Assembly (NCBI GenBank): GCA_028534125.1
Contig: CM052816.1
Span: 3,350,001 to 3,414,000 of the forward strand
Direction: 5' to 3'
DNA: 64,000 nt
Source: Lama glama
Lineage: Eukaryota
Part shown: one piece after another, positions 1-12,602 of the stretch
Numbering within the stretch: the stretch's first letter is position 1
Layout: each line of letters starts with the position of its first letter
Translations under genes and position numbers: made by a program
The notes under the pieces: generated by a model
Seen by the model: only the letters and a program-made list of their open reading frames with translations
The model's database searches: none
Told to the model about the DNA's origin: nothing

Positions 1-95
1 GGAAGGAGGGAGGGAAGGAAGGAAGGAAGGAGGGAGGGAGGGAAGGAAGGAAGGAAGGAAGGAAGGAAGGAAGGAAGGAAGGAAGGAAGGAAGGA
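1..95. repeat. (GGAA)n/(GGGA)n microsatellite
   Basis: Directly visible; continues beyond the window start. Confidence 0.98.
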
Positions 96-739
96 TTCCA
101 ATTCTGCAATAAGACAAAAATCCATGTACGAAAGGAAATACAATCCAAGGACATTAGCTGGCTCTCTGGTGGTCATCATTTATACATCTTAATAATGCAG
201 ATGCTTTAAACATGATTTAGGTTAAAACAGAGCTCTTACTATATTGAGAGATGAGGGCAATTAGGGCAGGGAGGGGCTGGTGTCAAAAGCGAAATCGTCA
301 TCCATCGCAGCAGGAAGTGAAGAGACAACTCGTAGAACAGATAAATTAGGAAACAGCAGCACAGGCACATCGTTCAGAGATTTGGAGACAGCTACTGGAG
401 GAAAGTGCGAGTTGAAAGCAGCAGCCCCTGGGGGAGGTGGGCCCTGGGTGCTTGTTTTTCACTAGGAGTCTTTCAGTATTATTTGATTTCTTTTAAGCAT
501 GTGCGTGCATGGCTTTGAACCAAAATTTCAAATTTACTTGGAAAGATAACAACCCAAGGCTTCCTTGCTGGCAGCCAGATATCTGACCAGCCCACAGAAC
601 TGTCTCAGGCCGGCTTGGCTATGTAAGTCCCTCCCTGCGGGTCTCCTGGGACCAGAGGCCCAGGCACCTGCCGCTTCTCTCCACACAGGGGACCTGAGGT
701 CACAGCAGAAAAGTCCAAGTCAGCCTCCACCTGGTCTCT

Positions 740-1239
740 NNNNNNNNNNNNNNNNNNNNNNNNNNNNNNNNNNNNNNNNNNNNNNNNNNNNNNNNNNNNN
801 NNNNNNNNNNNNNNNNNNNNNNNNNNNNNNNNNNNNNNNNNNNNNNNNNNNNNNNNNNNNNNNNNNNNNNNNNNNNNNNNNNNNNNNNNNNNNNNNNNNN
901 NNNNNNNNNNNNNNNNNNNNNNNNNNNNNNNNNNNNNNNNNNNNNNNNNNNNNNNNNNNNNNNNNNNNNNNNNNNNNNNNNNNNNNNNNNNNNNNNNNNN
1001 NNNNNNNNNNNNNNNNNNNNNNNNNNNNNNNNNNNNNNNNNNNNNNNNNNNNNNNNNNNNNNNNNNNNNNNNNNNNNNNNNNNNNNNNNNNNNNNNNNNN
1101 NNNNNNNNNNNNNNNNNNNNNNNNNNNNNNNNNNNNNNNNNNNNNNNNNNNNNNNNNNNNNNNNNNNNNNNNNNNNNNNNNNNNNNNNNNNNNNNNNNNN
1201 NNNNNNNNNNNNNNNNNNNNNNNNNNNNNNNNNNNNNNN
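740..1239. other. Assembly gap (500 N)
   Basis: Run of N. Confidence 1.
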
Positions 1240-2789
1240 CTGACCAACTAAACTCCACCACCACCTTCATTTCTTGGATTCCTATAGCACTCACAGTCGA
1301 GTCCATAATTTCCCACTTCATTATAAACTGCTTTATATTTTACTGATTCTTTGGATCACCAAAAATGGCAAGGATAGTCGTCTTTAGGGGGGAGGGGATT
1401 TGACCCGCAACCAGCACAGAACCGGCCACATCGTAGGCATTACTTGCTTAACTGACACTCCATGAGTGGTTTGTTGAATGCACAGGCTAGTGGCCAAAAT
1501 TCAAGTCTTTTGGTTAAAAAAAAAAAACAAACACAAAATTTAAAACATCACGGTCCCTTAAGGCACCATATCTAAGTCATCCTTATTGCTACACAAATCA
1601 GAGATTATCTTTAGAAAATTCTTCTGCCATACAGTTTCCACCTCAAACCATAAAAAGCAGAACCTCACTTCTCTTTCCCACATGAAGGAAGAGCACACTC
1701 AGGAGGCTGACAGCTCACACCTAGTTTTGAATCTCGTCTCTCCACTCATCCCTTGCCACAATCGGTCTTAAGGCATCAGATTTCAAAAGCACAAACAGAA
1801 AGTCATTCTCAGGTATTCTTTCACTTAACACTGAATTAGTGAGTGTCTTCCATGAGGGTCAGGCCAGCAGATTCTCTCTGATCTCAGCTGGGCCTTTAGT
1901 CAAGTTAGACAATCCTCTCATTCATGCCCAGCTGATTTCTTATTCCACCCACAGAGGCAGCTGTTCCAAACCTTCAGACGTCTCGTGCACTTTCTGAACC
2001 AGCCCACCACCTTTAGTTTCTGCAGAGGACCTCATCTCCTGCCTTTTTTAGGAGACAGAGACCACACACCACGGATGGACTAAACATCCCTCCGTTCCAT
2101 GAAGAGATGCCCGCCTGAGAATCGCTGCTCTCAGACGGCCCACGGATGATGCAGACACAAACCCAGAAGGCCTATTGATGAAGTCATCCCTAGGTCTTTC
2201 TCGGGCAGCTCTCCCGAGGGGCATGCTGACTTTCCTCTCTCCTTGCACCATTTCTGAGCTGCCCCAAGTCTATCAAAACGCCACTCAGCCAGAATGACAT
2301 CTGCAAGAAATTCTGCGTGAACCCAAGCTCCGCCTTCTCAAAACAATTTCTTCAAGAACCTGCACCCAATTTGTTTTCACCTTTGTTACCAGGGTCCAAG
2401 AAGTATGGCCTGAGTGGTAGCCCTCAATGGCACATCACACACATGAGCGGCCGTGGTGAGGGAGCCAGGATCAAAACTCTTTGCATCCTGGGAGGCATTC
2501 CACACCCACTGACCGAATTCTGAAGGGTCTTTGTACAGACAAGGGCAGCCACGGGCCTTGACAGAATCTATGAATCACAAAGTGCCTTTCAGTCTCCTTT
2601 CAGCTGGCTCTGTGGTACAGAGAGGCCACAGATTCGTCTTCTTAAATTGACACATGATATATAATGAATAAACTGTTCCTTTAGGAATGGAGGGCAGCCA
2701 TCCAAAGGAGCCACACGTTCGGGAACTTCCTTCTCTTGTCCGTTTCCAGGGCCTTTTCTTCTCAGACGGGGTTACAGACATTATCTCAC

Positions 2790-2870
2790 CCGCGGGCTCC
2801 TGTGTTACCTATAGGTAACAAGCGGGGCAGGTTGCTTTCAGTTCCCCGGTTCTCAAAGCCAGGGAGGTAG
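2790..2870 (-). other. CYFIP2: Probable alternative non-coding first exon of CYFIP2 (5' end approximate)
   Basis: CpG-retaining unique patch ending in donor CGG|gtgaga at 2790/2789, ~3.4 kb downstream of exon 1; contains GGAACTGAAA and an 18-bp palindrome. Confidence 0.5.
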
Positions 2871-4399
2871 TGGCTGATGGCAAGGCACACAGCAAGTCAG
2901 GGATAAATCTTGCGTCCGAAGATCACTGTGCTGTTCTGTCTGCCCGGGCAGCAAAGCATGCCCTCAACATTTTTGAGTTGGATTGCAAAATGCTCCATGT
3001 ATGTACACAGAGGAAGAGGTCCTTCCTGATCTGTGTGTGTTGAAATGTGAGAACTACCTCTGGGCTTCTGCTCAGCATACATACTCCCTCCCCTTCTCTG
3101 CCTACTCAAGTTATACCCGGCTTCCCTGTGCTCCTCCAGAGCACGTCCTCATTGACACCACGTCTTATCAAAGGCATCCTTTCTTCTGGTTACCTTTTAC
3201 AGGTCAACCTGGGAAAAGCAAAATTCAAGAAGGCTCTGGAGGTAGAAGGACTGGTAAGAATTCTGGGTCGACTGCATGCATGAGCCACACTGTTAATGAT
3301 TATGTAATTAAATTACACTATAACAACTGTAACAACATATATATAAATATAATAGTACGTATTATGTGCTAGACACTCTATGCAGCCCTTTGATGCATCC
3401 CTTGTTTCTTAAGAGCATCCAATGAAGGACCAGCTCCTTCCCCGCCACTGCGGGCCTGCCACGTCACTGCCCAGAGGCATGCTCCACCTCCTTGCCCCAC
3501 CTCCACTAATAACACAGGGTCCATCCTTAGATTTGGGCTTGTGCCTCAGAATAATAAGAGCAAAGGCCTTTTACAAAGGCTCCTATGAGGTGACTGATGT
3601 CTGGTTTCGTCAACTACAAGTGAATAATTAATACTTGCCAGGAAAGAAATAGACTCATTGTTATGGTGGCCACATGGAGGCTACCTACAAAAGGCGATTT
3701 TGTGCAGCTCTTGGTAGAACCCTGGGGCCAACAGCGGCCAAAAGAAACCTCTTTGAGAGGGTAGTCTGATCCTCAAACGTGGAGGCTGGAGCTCGGCACT
3801 GTTTTCCAGGAGTGCTGTTCCCAATGTTAATTAGCTTGTTGCCTATTCATCACCTAATTCGGCTTGCTGGTCAGTGACAGCAGTGGAGGCCCACCGAATG
3901 CCAGAGAGGGCACGATATATCAGGGGAGAAAGGAATTGTTCCTCCAGGACCCTTTTCCAGTTTTTAAATTCTTGTCTACCTCCTTCTCTGGCCCAGCCTT
4001 TGATTTGATTAGAGTTGAGTTAAACCTCTCCAGCCCTGCTGGATTTTATACCCCACTCTTGGGTCTTATGCCTAAAACAAGTTTTTTCTTTTCCATTTCC
4101 AGCAGGGACTGAACCAGGCAGGCTTGGGTGCCTATAGAACCAGTTAGAACCGGCCAGGAAATATAATAAAGAAGCTTAGTGAGCAGAGTGCTAATGCCCC
4201 CAGCCAGAGGCTCAGCCTGCAGGCCTCACCAGAGGAACTGGCTTTGTGAGAAACAACACACTCTTCTTGTGGCCTAGTAGCTGCCCTGGCAGACGGCAGC
4301 CAGAGCCAACAAGCACTTCTCTATAGGAAAGTTTCACCTCCTCCAAGTGGACACTGGGTGCTCAACAATGCCTTCTAGTGACTGTAACCCCTGACCAGT

Positions 4400-4444
4400 T
4401 ACACACACACACACACACACATGCACGTGCACACACACACACAC
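4400..4444. repeat. (CA)n microsatellite, interrupted
   Basis: Directly visible. Confidence 0.95.
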
Positions 4445-5689
4445 TCCTATGGTATTTTTACCCTTAGGGCTAAAGCTACCCTCTCAGTAAGCAAACAGAG
4501 ATGACAGCTAGCTGCTAGATGTAGTCATTTCAGCGAGCTGTTCCCCAAAATTGCTACCCAGCTGCCCACTCCCACTTTCAGCCCAATGCCTGAAATCACA
4601 TCATTAGAGATGCCAAATATTTTTTGATTTAAAGCTTTGTTTCCAAAAGTTCATCAAAATGCCTCTGTTTCTTTTCTGGTCAAATGACTCCTCAGGCACC
4701 TGCTCTGCATCTAATGGGAAATTCTTTTGTATTTAGCTCTTGAGAATAAATGTGTTCACTGGTTCCTTTCTTGAAAACTATTTTGACACAGGAGAATGGT
4801 GGGTGGTGGTGGAGCACAGGGCACTGTATGGAAGTGGAGGTGGGAGGTCTCAGGGCCACAGAGGTCTAATGGTGGAGAAAACAACCTTCAAGGCCTTCAC
4901 AATCCTGCCCAGGGATATGGACCCAGATTTTTGCCCTGCAACATCTGTGATCTCCATGGTGGCCAGCATGGCTTGCAACAAGGGCTGTGCCTAAAAGTAA
5001 GGTAAAACACCCTCTGCCCTCAAGGAGACAGAGGCAGGAGACGGAAAAGGGGAATGTGGAAATCAGCACTCTCCTGATTTGCCCCTCATGCCCGCAGGAC
5101 TCCCTGACCATGCCATGAAGGCACAAGCTGGCAGGAAAAGATCCTTGTCCCCTTCCTGGCCTGGTTGTAAGGGGAGCTGATGGTCCATCAGCCTTTGGTG
5201 AGTCTTTCTGCTGTGCTGGGGAAACTAGGCGAGTAGAGGTCTAAGTCAGATTCCCTGGGCTAGTGAGGGCACCTGAGCCGCCCTAGTGTCCTTTTCTGCG
5301 AGGTTCTTCACACAGAGAACCATACTCCTGTCGGACCATGCTTCCCGCCCTAGCCCCACTGCCACACAGAGAGCACGCCCTTCTCTTCCTTTTCATATGG
5401 TGAAAAGGCGGGGGCGGGGGAGGGCGATGTCCTGCAAAGCAGAACCACCACATACAGGTAGACATCTTCCCGATTCTTCAGCGGCCATGAAGACCCAACC
5501 TTTTCTCCAGGAGTCAGCCCACTCATCCCCTTCCCACCCCCTTCCCCCCTCCCTCCCCGCCCTCAGACAGCCGGGAGAGAGAGCGATGCTAGGCCAGAAG
5601 GCTTCAAAGCGGGTCAGGCTTGCCTCCTCTCTCAGGCTTGCCCCCACCCCCAAACATCGCCGCTTTGACCCTCGCCCCACCCATCTCAC

Positions 5690-6510
5690 GTTCACCGCAG
5701 GCAGCCGTGGGCCGGAGGAGGCTGCCGGAGGGCCCAGGCGGCTCTCGCTGGCCCTACGGGAGGTGATGGTGGCCGCAACGACAGAGGCTCTGCAGTACCT
5801 GGGCGCCAGGAGGTCGCCGCGGCCGGGCTCGCGGCCGCTACGGAGCTCGGGAGGAGCGCCGCTTTCTCCCGGGCGGGTCGCTCGCGTCCAGGCCGCGCAC
5901 CTGCTGCTGCAGCCACCGCCGCGGCGCCCCAGTTCCGTCGTGGGCCGGCGCCTCCCCACCGGGGGTCCGCGCCCCGGGACCCAGGGTGCGCTGGAGCGGG
6001 TAGGGGGCCGTGCCGGGCCTGGGGCCCAACCTCCGGGGGCTTCCGGAGGCCCCAGGCCGCGCTAGCCCGGCCGCCACGCCGAGCGCCCCCCGCGGGCTAG
6101 GAGGAGGGGTGCCGGCGCCTCGCGCATCCTCACGGCCGCGTCGCCATCCCCAGCAGCATCCTGGTCCCCACGCCGGCCCCCAGGCCTGCGAGCGAAGCCT
6201 ACCTGAGTGTGCCGCAGGTCTAGGGAAGACGCCCGAAGCTTCGGCGGGGCCCCGCGCCGGGGCGCAGGATGCTCTGCGGGGCTCTGCTCCCCGGCTGCTG
6301 CGCTCGGCCCCGCCCCCGGCCCCGCCCCTCCAGCCGCCGCGGCTCCTCCTCCGCCCCGGGACCCCGCCCCTTCACCGCCCTGGCTGTCGCACAAAGAGCA
6401 GGAAATGGCTGCGGCCAGGGGCTCCGGGTGCTCCCCTCGACGCGGCCAACGCGGCCCGGACCTGCAGCCCCGGCTCCCGCCCCAGGAGAACCAGCCGCGC
6501 CGCTTAGGGA
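5690..6510 (-). promoter_or_regulatory. CYFIP2: CpG island promoter of CYFIP2
   Basis: Very GC/CpG-dense; tandem GC boxes (ccccgccc at ~6308-6330, 6362-6370); CYFIP2 lies directly downstream of ITK in the same orientation in mammals (synteny from knowledge). Confidence 0.85.
6203..6330 (-). other. CYFIP2: CYFIP2 non-coding exon 1 (5' end approximate)
   Basis: Minus strand ggggccgggggcggggccgagcg...gcagagcatcctgcgccccggcgcggggccc resembles the human CYFIP2 5' UTR as recalled; donor CAG|gtaggc at 6203/6202. Confidence 0.75.
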
Positions 6511-7601
6511 GCATTTGTCCACAAGCTCCCCAAGGCCCCCCAGGCCTGGGAACTACACCTGCAGCCGTGGGAGAATTGAAGCCTTGGGCTCCATTCGCAT
6601 CTCATTGATCTCACATTATCTCCAAGTGCTCATTTATCTACTTAATGTTTGTCGAGCACCTATTTTGTTCCAAGCCCGGTGCCAGGAGCTGAGTATGCAC
6701 TGGTGTACAAAAGACAGGGCTCCTGCCCTTTCGGAGCTCATCACCTACCAGGAGAGATGGGCATAAATTTACCTAGCAAACGTCCAGTTCCAGCTGGGAG
6801 ACGTTCTGTGAAGGAGACGGACAGGGTGACGTGATAGAAAATAAACCTGAGGGCTGGGGAGAGGGGGCTTCCAGCAATGGAGTCGGAGCCCAAATGCTGC
6901 TCCTCTGGTCAAGAATACCTTCTCGCCCTCCTTGTCACTTCCTTGAGGCCGAGCCCCTGAAGCTGCCATCTCTTAAGCAGGGACCTGCCTCAGTTTCTTT
7001 CAAGGTGAATTAATTGCCTAGCGGACAAAAAGACAAATACATGGTGACAGGAAGTGTTTCCTGGCAAAGCCCGGGAAGGAACTGAGAGGGCAGGCATCTT
7101 TCTCTTCAAGAATTACCTGCTAGGTGGGGCTCTCGGAAGAAATGGTTTTCCCTTTGAGATGCGGCCGCGTGGGCCTTCAGACCTGGCTGAAGTCAGAAAG
7201 CACCAAATTCTCGCTTTGGGATCCCCCAGCAGGACCTTTCACCGCTCTGTTCCTGAGATGCCGCCATACTTAATGTGTGGAATAATTATTGCCTTTCATA
7301 CTCCACAAGGTAAATAATTGAAAAGCATCTGAAATGTTTTAAAGTTAAGAGGGAAACTCTTGCTGCAGGGGAAACTTTCTGAAATATTTCCAACGGGCTC
7401 ACAAATTTATAGTTAATCACTTAGCTATTTCTATCAGGGACTATTTATAGAGGAGCCACATTACTCAACTCTCAGCAAAGAACTCGTGGAAGTCTTTGCC
7501 TTCAGTGATGTCATATCATTTCCCTCAGCATTCAGGATCCTTTGTGGTTTGATGTTACATCACTCATTCTAATTTAAATTGCTATTTCAGAAAGGATGAC
7601 T

Positions 7602-7663
<62 letters not shown>

Positions 7664-7700
7664 CACATGTATGTATACACATATATATATATATACATAT
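7602..7700. repeat. Compound (TA)n(TG)n(TA)n microsatellite running into a gap
   Basis: Directly visible. Confidence 0.95.
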
Positions 7701-7800
7701 NNNNNNNNNNNNNNNNNNNNNNNNNNNNNNNNNNNNNNNNNNNNNNNNNNNNNNNNNNNNNNNNNNNNNNNNNNNNNNNNNNNNNNNNNNNNNNNNNNNN
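7701..7800. other. Assembly gap (100 N)
   Basis: Run of N. Confidence 1.
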
Positions 7801-7989
7801 GCAATATGGTCTTGTTGAAACCACTGTTTCAGAAATCCAGAGGCTTGCCTTTTGGTCCTGGTTTTGCAACCAAGGGATCTTAGATAAGTCACTTCACCTC
7901 TGTTTCTCCATCTATGCAATGAAGTAGGTTAGATATACTTTCAGGTCCCTCTGCAGGTGGAAAATTGCAAGAGTTAAAACAAAGGACCT

Positions 7990-8570
7990 GCCCCTGCCAT
8001 GCTTAAAGCACTTCACTAGCTCCCCACTGCCCTCAAGATGGAGCCAAAATCCCCTCCCAGGGTCTCTGTGATCTGGTGTCTACCTCTCCAGCCTCTTCTG
8101 CTGTGAACAAGCTCAGTGTGCTTCAGCTAAAAGGAATCTTTTAGTTCTCCAAACGTGCTGTGTTATCACTTGAATGTGGCCTTTGCACAAGCTGAGCTTT
8201 TCGGCTTGGAATGATCTGTTCTCCTTTCCCTGCCCCATCTGAACTTTTCCCCCCACAATGCTGCCTAACTTACATTCATGCTTCTAGTATCCACTTAGCT
8301 GTCACTTTCTCCATGACCCCTCCATGTTTGGGTTAGGTTAGGGTCAGCTGTCCAGGCTCCCATAGCTCCCTGGGCTTCCTCCATCATACCACCTGTTACG
8401 CTATGTTGTAACAGTGCACGTACTTACCTGCATACCATCACTTGAGCATAAAATCTAAGAGAGCAGAGATATGTCTTGCTCCCCATTGCATCCTCAGATC
8501 TTAGTACATAATGGGAATTCTATTCTGTAAAATAATAGAAATAATAGTAAAAATACGTCGAATGAATAAT
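7990..8570 (+). mobile_element. L2 LINE 3' remnant (other L2-like stretches ~13340-14110, 50030-50390, 51420-52040, 52580-53250, 58800-59245)
   Basis: Degenerate L2 motifs (gctccccactgccctcaagat...aaatc, gcctttgcacaagctg, gaatgaat terminus); bounds approximate. Confidence 0.55.
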
Positions 8571-8827
8571 TACAAGTGATATCTTAGCTTACACATTGCT
8601 GTTGAAATTTGTAGCCATCTGCCTACTGCCTTCAGATATCCTTCCCGTCCAACCCCAGGCTGCACCATCACCAATGTGAGGACCACAGCTATGAGGCAAG
8701 AATTGCTTTGCCACTTGCACAGCTGTGGGCCATGCGTTGTGGTTCTGTGTGTGGCAACAGTACCTTGTTTTTAGAAAAGCCCCAAGTCAGTTAGGACATC
8801 TAGGTCTCCATTTAAAATCCATCACAC

Positions 8828-9017
8828 ATCGCTTCTTGACCTTTTGGTTAAGATCAAGTGTAGTATCTGTTTTCATCAGTTTAATATCTGATACATCCTC
8901 TATCTGAGAACAGTATGTTAAATGGATTTTTGGAGCATGGAGTCGGAATAGGATCTTGCTCTGTCCAATCCACACGTTGACCTGGTATTATAGTACTTCC
9001 AGGAACAGTGCACCCCT
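8828..9017 (+). pseudogene. U2 snRNA retro-pseudogene, full length
   Basis: atcgcttcttgaccttttggttaagatcaagtgtagtatctg...ggatttttgg (Sm site)...caggaacagtgcacccc matches U2 with many substitutions, largely at CpG; A-rich tail; TSD aaatccatcaca (8815-8826) / aaatccaccaca (9066-9077). Confidence 0.93.
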
Positions 9018-9811
9018 TTGGGGAAATAAAGCTGTTACAAAAAAATTTTTTTAATAAATTAAATGAAATCCACCACAGACCCTGCTTCATAGAAACTAAT
9101 AGTGGAACATCTAGAATGGGTGAGAGAATTGGAGAGAAATATAACCACTACCATTAACAGTGATGGCTGACACAGACCAAATGCATTATCTCATTTTGTA
9201 TTCAAAATTATCCTATGAGGAAACTGTAATTGTGAGCCTCCTTTTATAACTGAGGAAACTAAGGCAGGCTAAATAACTTGCCCGAGGTAGTGAAACCAAA
9301 ACTCACGCTCTTAACTTTTACCCAAAATTATATCCAGCTTCATTTTCCCTGAATCCTTGTTTTCATATACATGCCGCCTTATTCTAAAACACCTTTAAAG
9401 CAAGTTATGGAGATACATTATATTAAAATGTTTTAAAATCAGTAATACACATTTTTTAAAAAAGGAGGAAAAGGGTATGAGATGGAGAGAAAATGTGAAA
9501 AATACAAAAAATATCTCCACGTGCTATGGGCTTGCTGCAGTGGGCTCACACGTTTGGTTTGTGAAGTTAAGCATTCGTGTAGTTAGCAGGAAAAGAAACA
9601 ACTTGATGATCAGTTACACAATTTACATTGTCCATTAGATAAAACCTGACCGCTTGCTCAAAATTGCCTCATTTTACAGATGAAAGAACTGGGGCCCAGG
9701 GAAGGGAAGGGTTGACCAAGACCAACTGGACCCAAACCTAGGTCTTTCTATTGGAAACTGGGTTGCCTGTTTCCTTTTTGAATCTGAAATAATTTCTTAA
9801 AGCATATATTT

Positions 9812-9943
9812 TATTTTATTTTTTGGTGGGGAGTGGTAATTCAGTGCATTTACTTATTTATTCTTAAAGGAGGTACTGGGGACTGAACCCAGGACCTCAT
9901 GCATGCTAAGCATGCACTCTACCACTTGAGCTATACCCTCCCC
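9812..9943 (-). mobile_element. tRNA-derived SINE, camelid Vic-1-like
   Basis: Reverse complement of ggggagggtatagctcaagtggtagag...gtcctgggttca.tccccagtacc with A/B boxes and AT tail. Confidence 0.85.
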
Positions 9944-11373
9944 TGTAAAACGTATATTTTAAACTAACATTTATTGGGTGTTTATTTGGAATCAGTCTCT
10001 ATGCCAAGTACTGTGTATAGATGGGCTAATTTTATCCTCACAAAATCCTCACAAGTGGCCTTGTTTTACAGATGAAATATCGAGGGCTGTTTTGCTATTG
10101 AAACACTGCAGCTCCGTCCTGGGCTATTTGGAAATGCATTCCCCACCCCACCCCCTTCTCTGCAGCCTTTCTTTCACTTTGCTTCCTTCCCACAACTTCT
10201 GGAGAACTGGCCTCCCTTGAAGGTCAGATATTTCACATATAACTTGACAGCAAAGAACCTTTCATCCTTATTTAAACAAATATATTTACAACAATTTTGG
10301 ATAAGAATTGATAAGGAGGGTTTGAGCATATTCCAAATCAGGCTTGGAAAGCAACAGCATAGCCGAGCTACAGCGGGGTTGGCTTCTCAAAGGCTGGCAT
10401 AGGTGACCTTATAATCAGTCCCAAAGAATGGTTGGGAACATGGAATTTGGGAACACACAGGGCTGACTTCAAGCCCCCGTTCTGCCCCTTAATAACTGTG
10501 GGACAATGAATGGTTTTCCTAAATTACTGAGCCCCATTCTCATCTTTAAAATTGACAAGATCGTAATTGTACCTATCCCTTGGGTTCTTGGAAGATTCAA
10601 TGAAAGGATAAATGTAACCCACTAAGCAAAGCCCTCATAAATTCTCCAAAAGGGGAAATTTCATTGTTTTTATTATTATTACCATGGCTCAGATTTCAGT
10701 GTGATCTCTAGGAAGAGTGCAGGACTTGGAATAAGCTCTGAGTTCTAGGCTCACTTGAGCTAAGTAGCTCTGCTACCTCAGGCATTCTGTGAATCTCTTT
10801 CCCTTTCTGTCAAGTGTCCCCTCACCTGCCCTTCATCTCAAAGCTACTGTGGAGATTGAATATCATCTTAGATGGGAAAATGCTTTGAGATATACACAAC
10901 AGAAAAGCAAATAAATAGATGTTTGTACGGCTTGTCTCAGCTTATAGACACTGTACTCGAAATTAGAAGATGGAAAAGAACCAGGAACTCCTCAGTAGCC
11001 TAGATGAGTGGAGAGAGGTGTGGGTAGATGTGAACCTGGAGGGTGAGGAATCAGAATCCACTAGGCTCCTTTAACTGATTCTCCAGGACGTGCCGGCTTT
11101 GGGCCCCAAAGTTCCCATTCCTAACATAAAAATAATGCATGGGAGGAAGGTGGAACAAAATATGTTCCTATTATGCACACTGGATTCCTCTGCCTGGAAT
11201 ATCCTCGCAGCCCGTCTCTTCCTCAGCAACGTCCATTTACTCTCCAAGACACAGCTTAGACATCACTTCCTCTAGGAAGCCCTCCCGGATTCTTTGGGTG
11301 TTTTCACTCGTTCTGTCTCCCTGGATTGTGACCGCTGCTTCATCAGCTCACCTACAACAGCCATTTACAGTCA

Positions 11374-11929
11374 CAGTTGACTCTCATCATTTGGTAGTTA
11401 GGTTTTATAAATTCACCTGATCTGCACACAACCTTGTTTTAGGCACGTTTCTATTCAAAAGCAGCTTACTTAATATGTATTGTTGCTTCATTAACATGAA
11501 ACTCACAGTCAACAGCACTATGACTCAGGCTGAATAAAACTCACCTAACACACACCTTTTCCTTGTAAGGTGGGTCTCAGCCTTCCTGCACTTAGGAACG
11601 CTAGACAGCACCTCAGCTGGATGCTTGAGGGCCATTTTAAACAGCAAAACGGCCAGTAAAAAGTACACAAGTGCAAAAAACATGGCATCGATAGACCTCA
11701 GAAAAGACTTGTTGATAGTATGAGCTGAAACGCAAAAGTAAAATCTCGCCTTGTTCGACCTTGATAGGGAGTGTGCATGTAGGGTGACTTAAATTTTTCG
11801 CTGCTCTGGGCACAAGCAGGCCATGAGTGACTGTGAAAGGGCTGCAAGAACTGATTTGGGGTTCCAAACACATTTTAGTGAGTGGGTGACTTTGCAAGTA
11901 TAGAATCTGCAAATAGAGAGGATCAACTG
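11374..11929 (+). mobile_element. TcMar-Tigger non-autonomous DNA transposon, MER82-like, internally deleted
   Basis: Terminal inverted repeats cagttgactctc...gaggatcaactg followed by TA; interior matches recalled MER82. Confidence 0.75.
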
Positions 11930-12567
11930 TATTTATTTATGTGTTGGACTTTCTTTTTTCCCACTAGCCTGAGGCTTCTTGCAGGAAGCTTGGCTTCGGT
12001 ACTAGGTGTCTTCTCTGGTTCCTCCAGACCCCCTCCACTCTTCTCATCCTGCCCTCTGCCCTGGAGACTGACCTCTGTGAACTCCTCTGCGAGGATTTCC
12101 TGGTCCTCCGGTCACAGATGGGTTTGGCCAACAAGAAGCCCCAGTAGTTGATTGGGGAAGGGAGGAGAGTGGAGTCAGCATGTTTATATTCCACAGCTTC
12201 CTCCTTGTGATGCCACCTTGGGCTTCGTCTGTCCCTCACTAAAGGTCATCTCCTCTCGAGGGAACCTTCTCCAGGTGACTCTCTGCCTCCACATTCAAGT
12301 GACCACTTCCATTCCTCACTTCTTTGGCCCTTGGGGTGGTAACTGCTTCTTGGCTGTTACTTCCCTCTGTGCCACTTCCTGTGGCTCTTCTAACCCTGAA
12401 ACGCACCGTGTTAAATAGTCCTTTTTAAATAAGCTCTCCTTGAATTATCTTAATTTAACTGTAATGTGTTTGGTCCAAAACTGATAAGATAGCTTGTTCG
12501 TCTTATGCATCTGACACAGTGCCAAGTCATAGCAGGTGAATGGTAACTTTAATCACAGAGTCATAGA

Positions 12568-12602
12568 ACACACACACACACACACACACACTGCACACAC
12601 AC
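12568..12602. repeat. (CA)n microsatellite
   Basis: Directly visible. Confidence 0.95.

Noticed and set aside
565..1321. Long ORFs spanning N runs (also 7582-7927 and 47697-48514)
   Set aside because: Artefacts of translating assembly gaps
5286..6766. Several long overlapping ORFs (up to 259 aa) on both strands
   Set aside because: Low-complexity Pro/Arg/Gly/Ala translations are expected from stop-codon depletion in a CpG island; no recognisable domain
8828..9017. Functional U2 snRNA gene
   Set aside because: Numerous substitutions including in stem I, TSD and A-rich tail, and no evident PSE or octamer upstream
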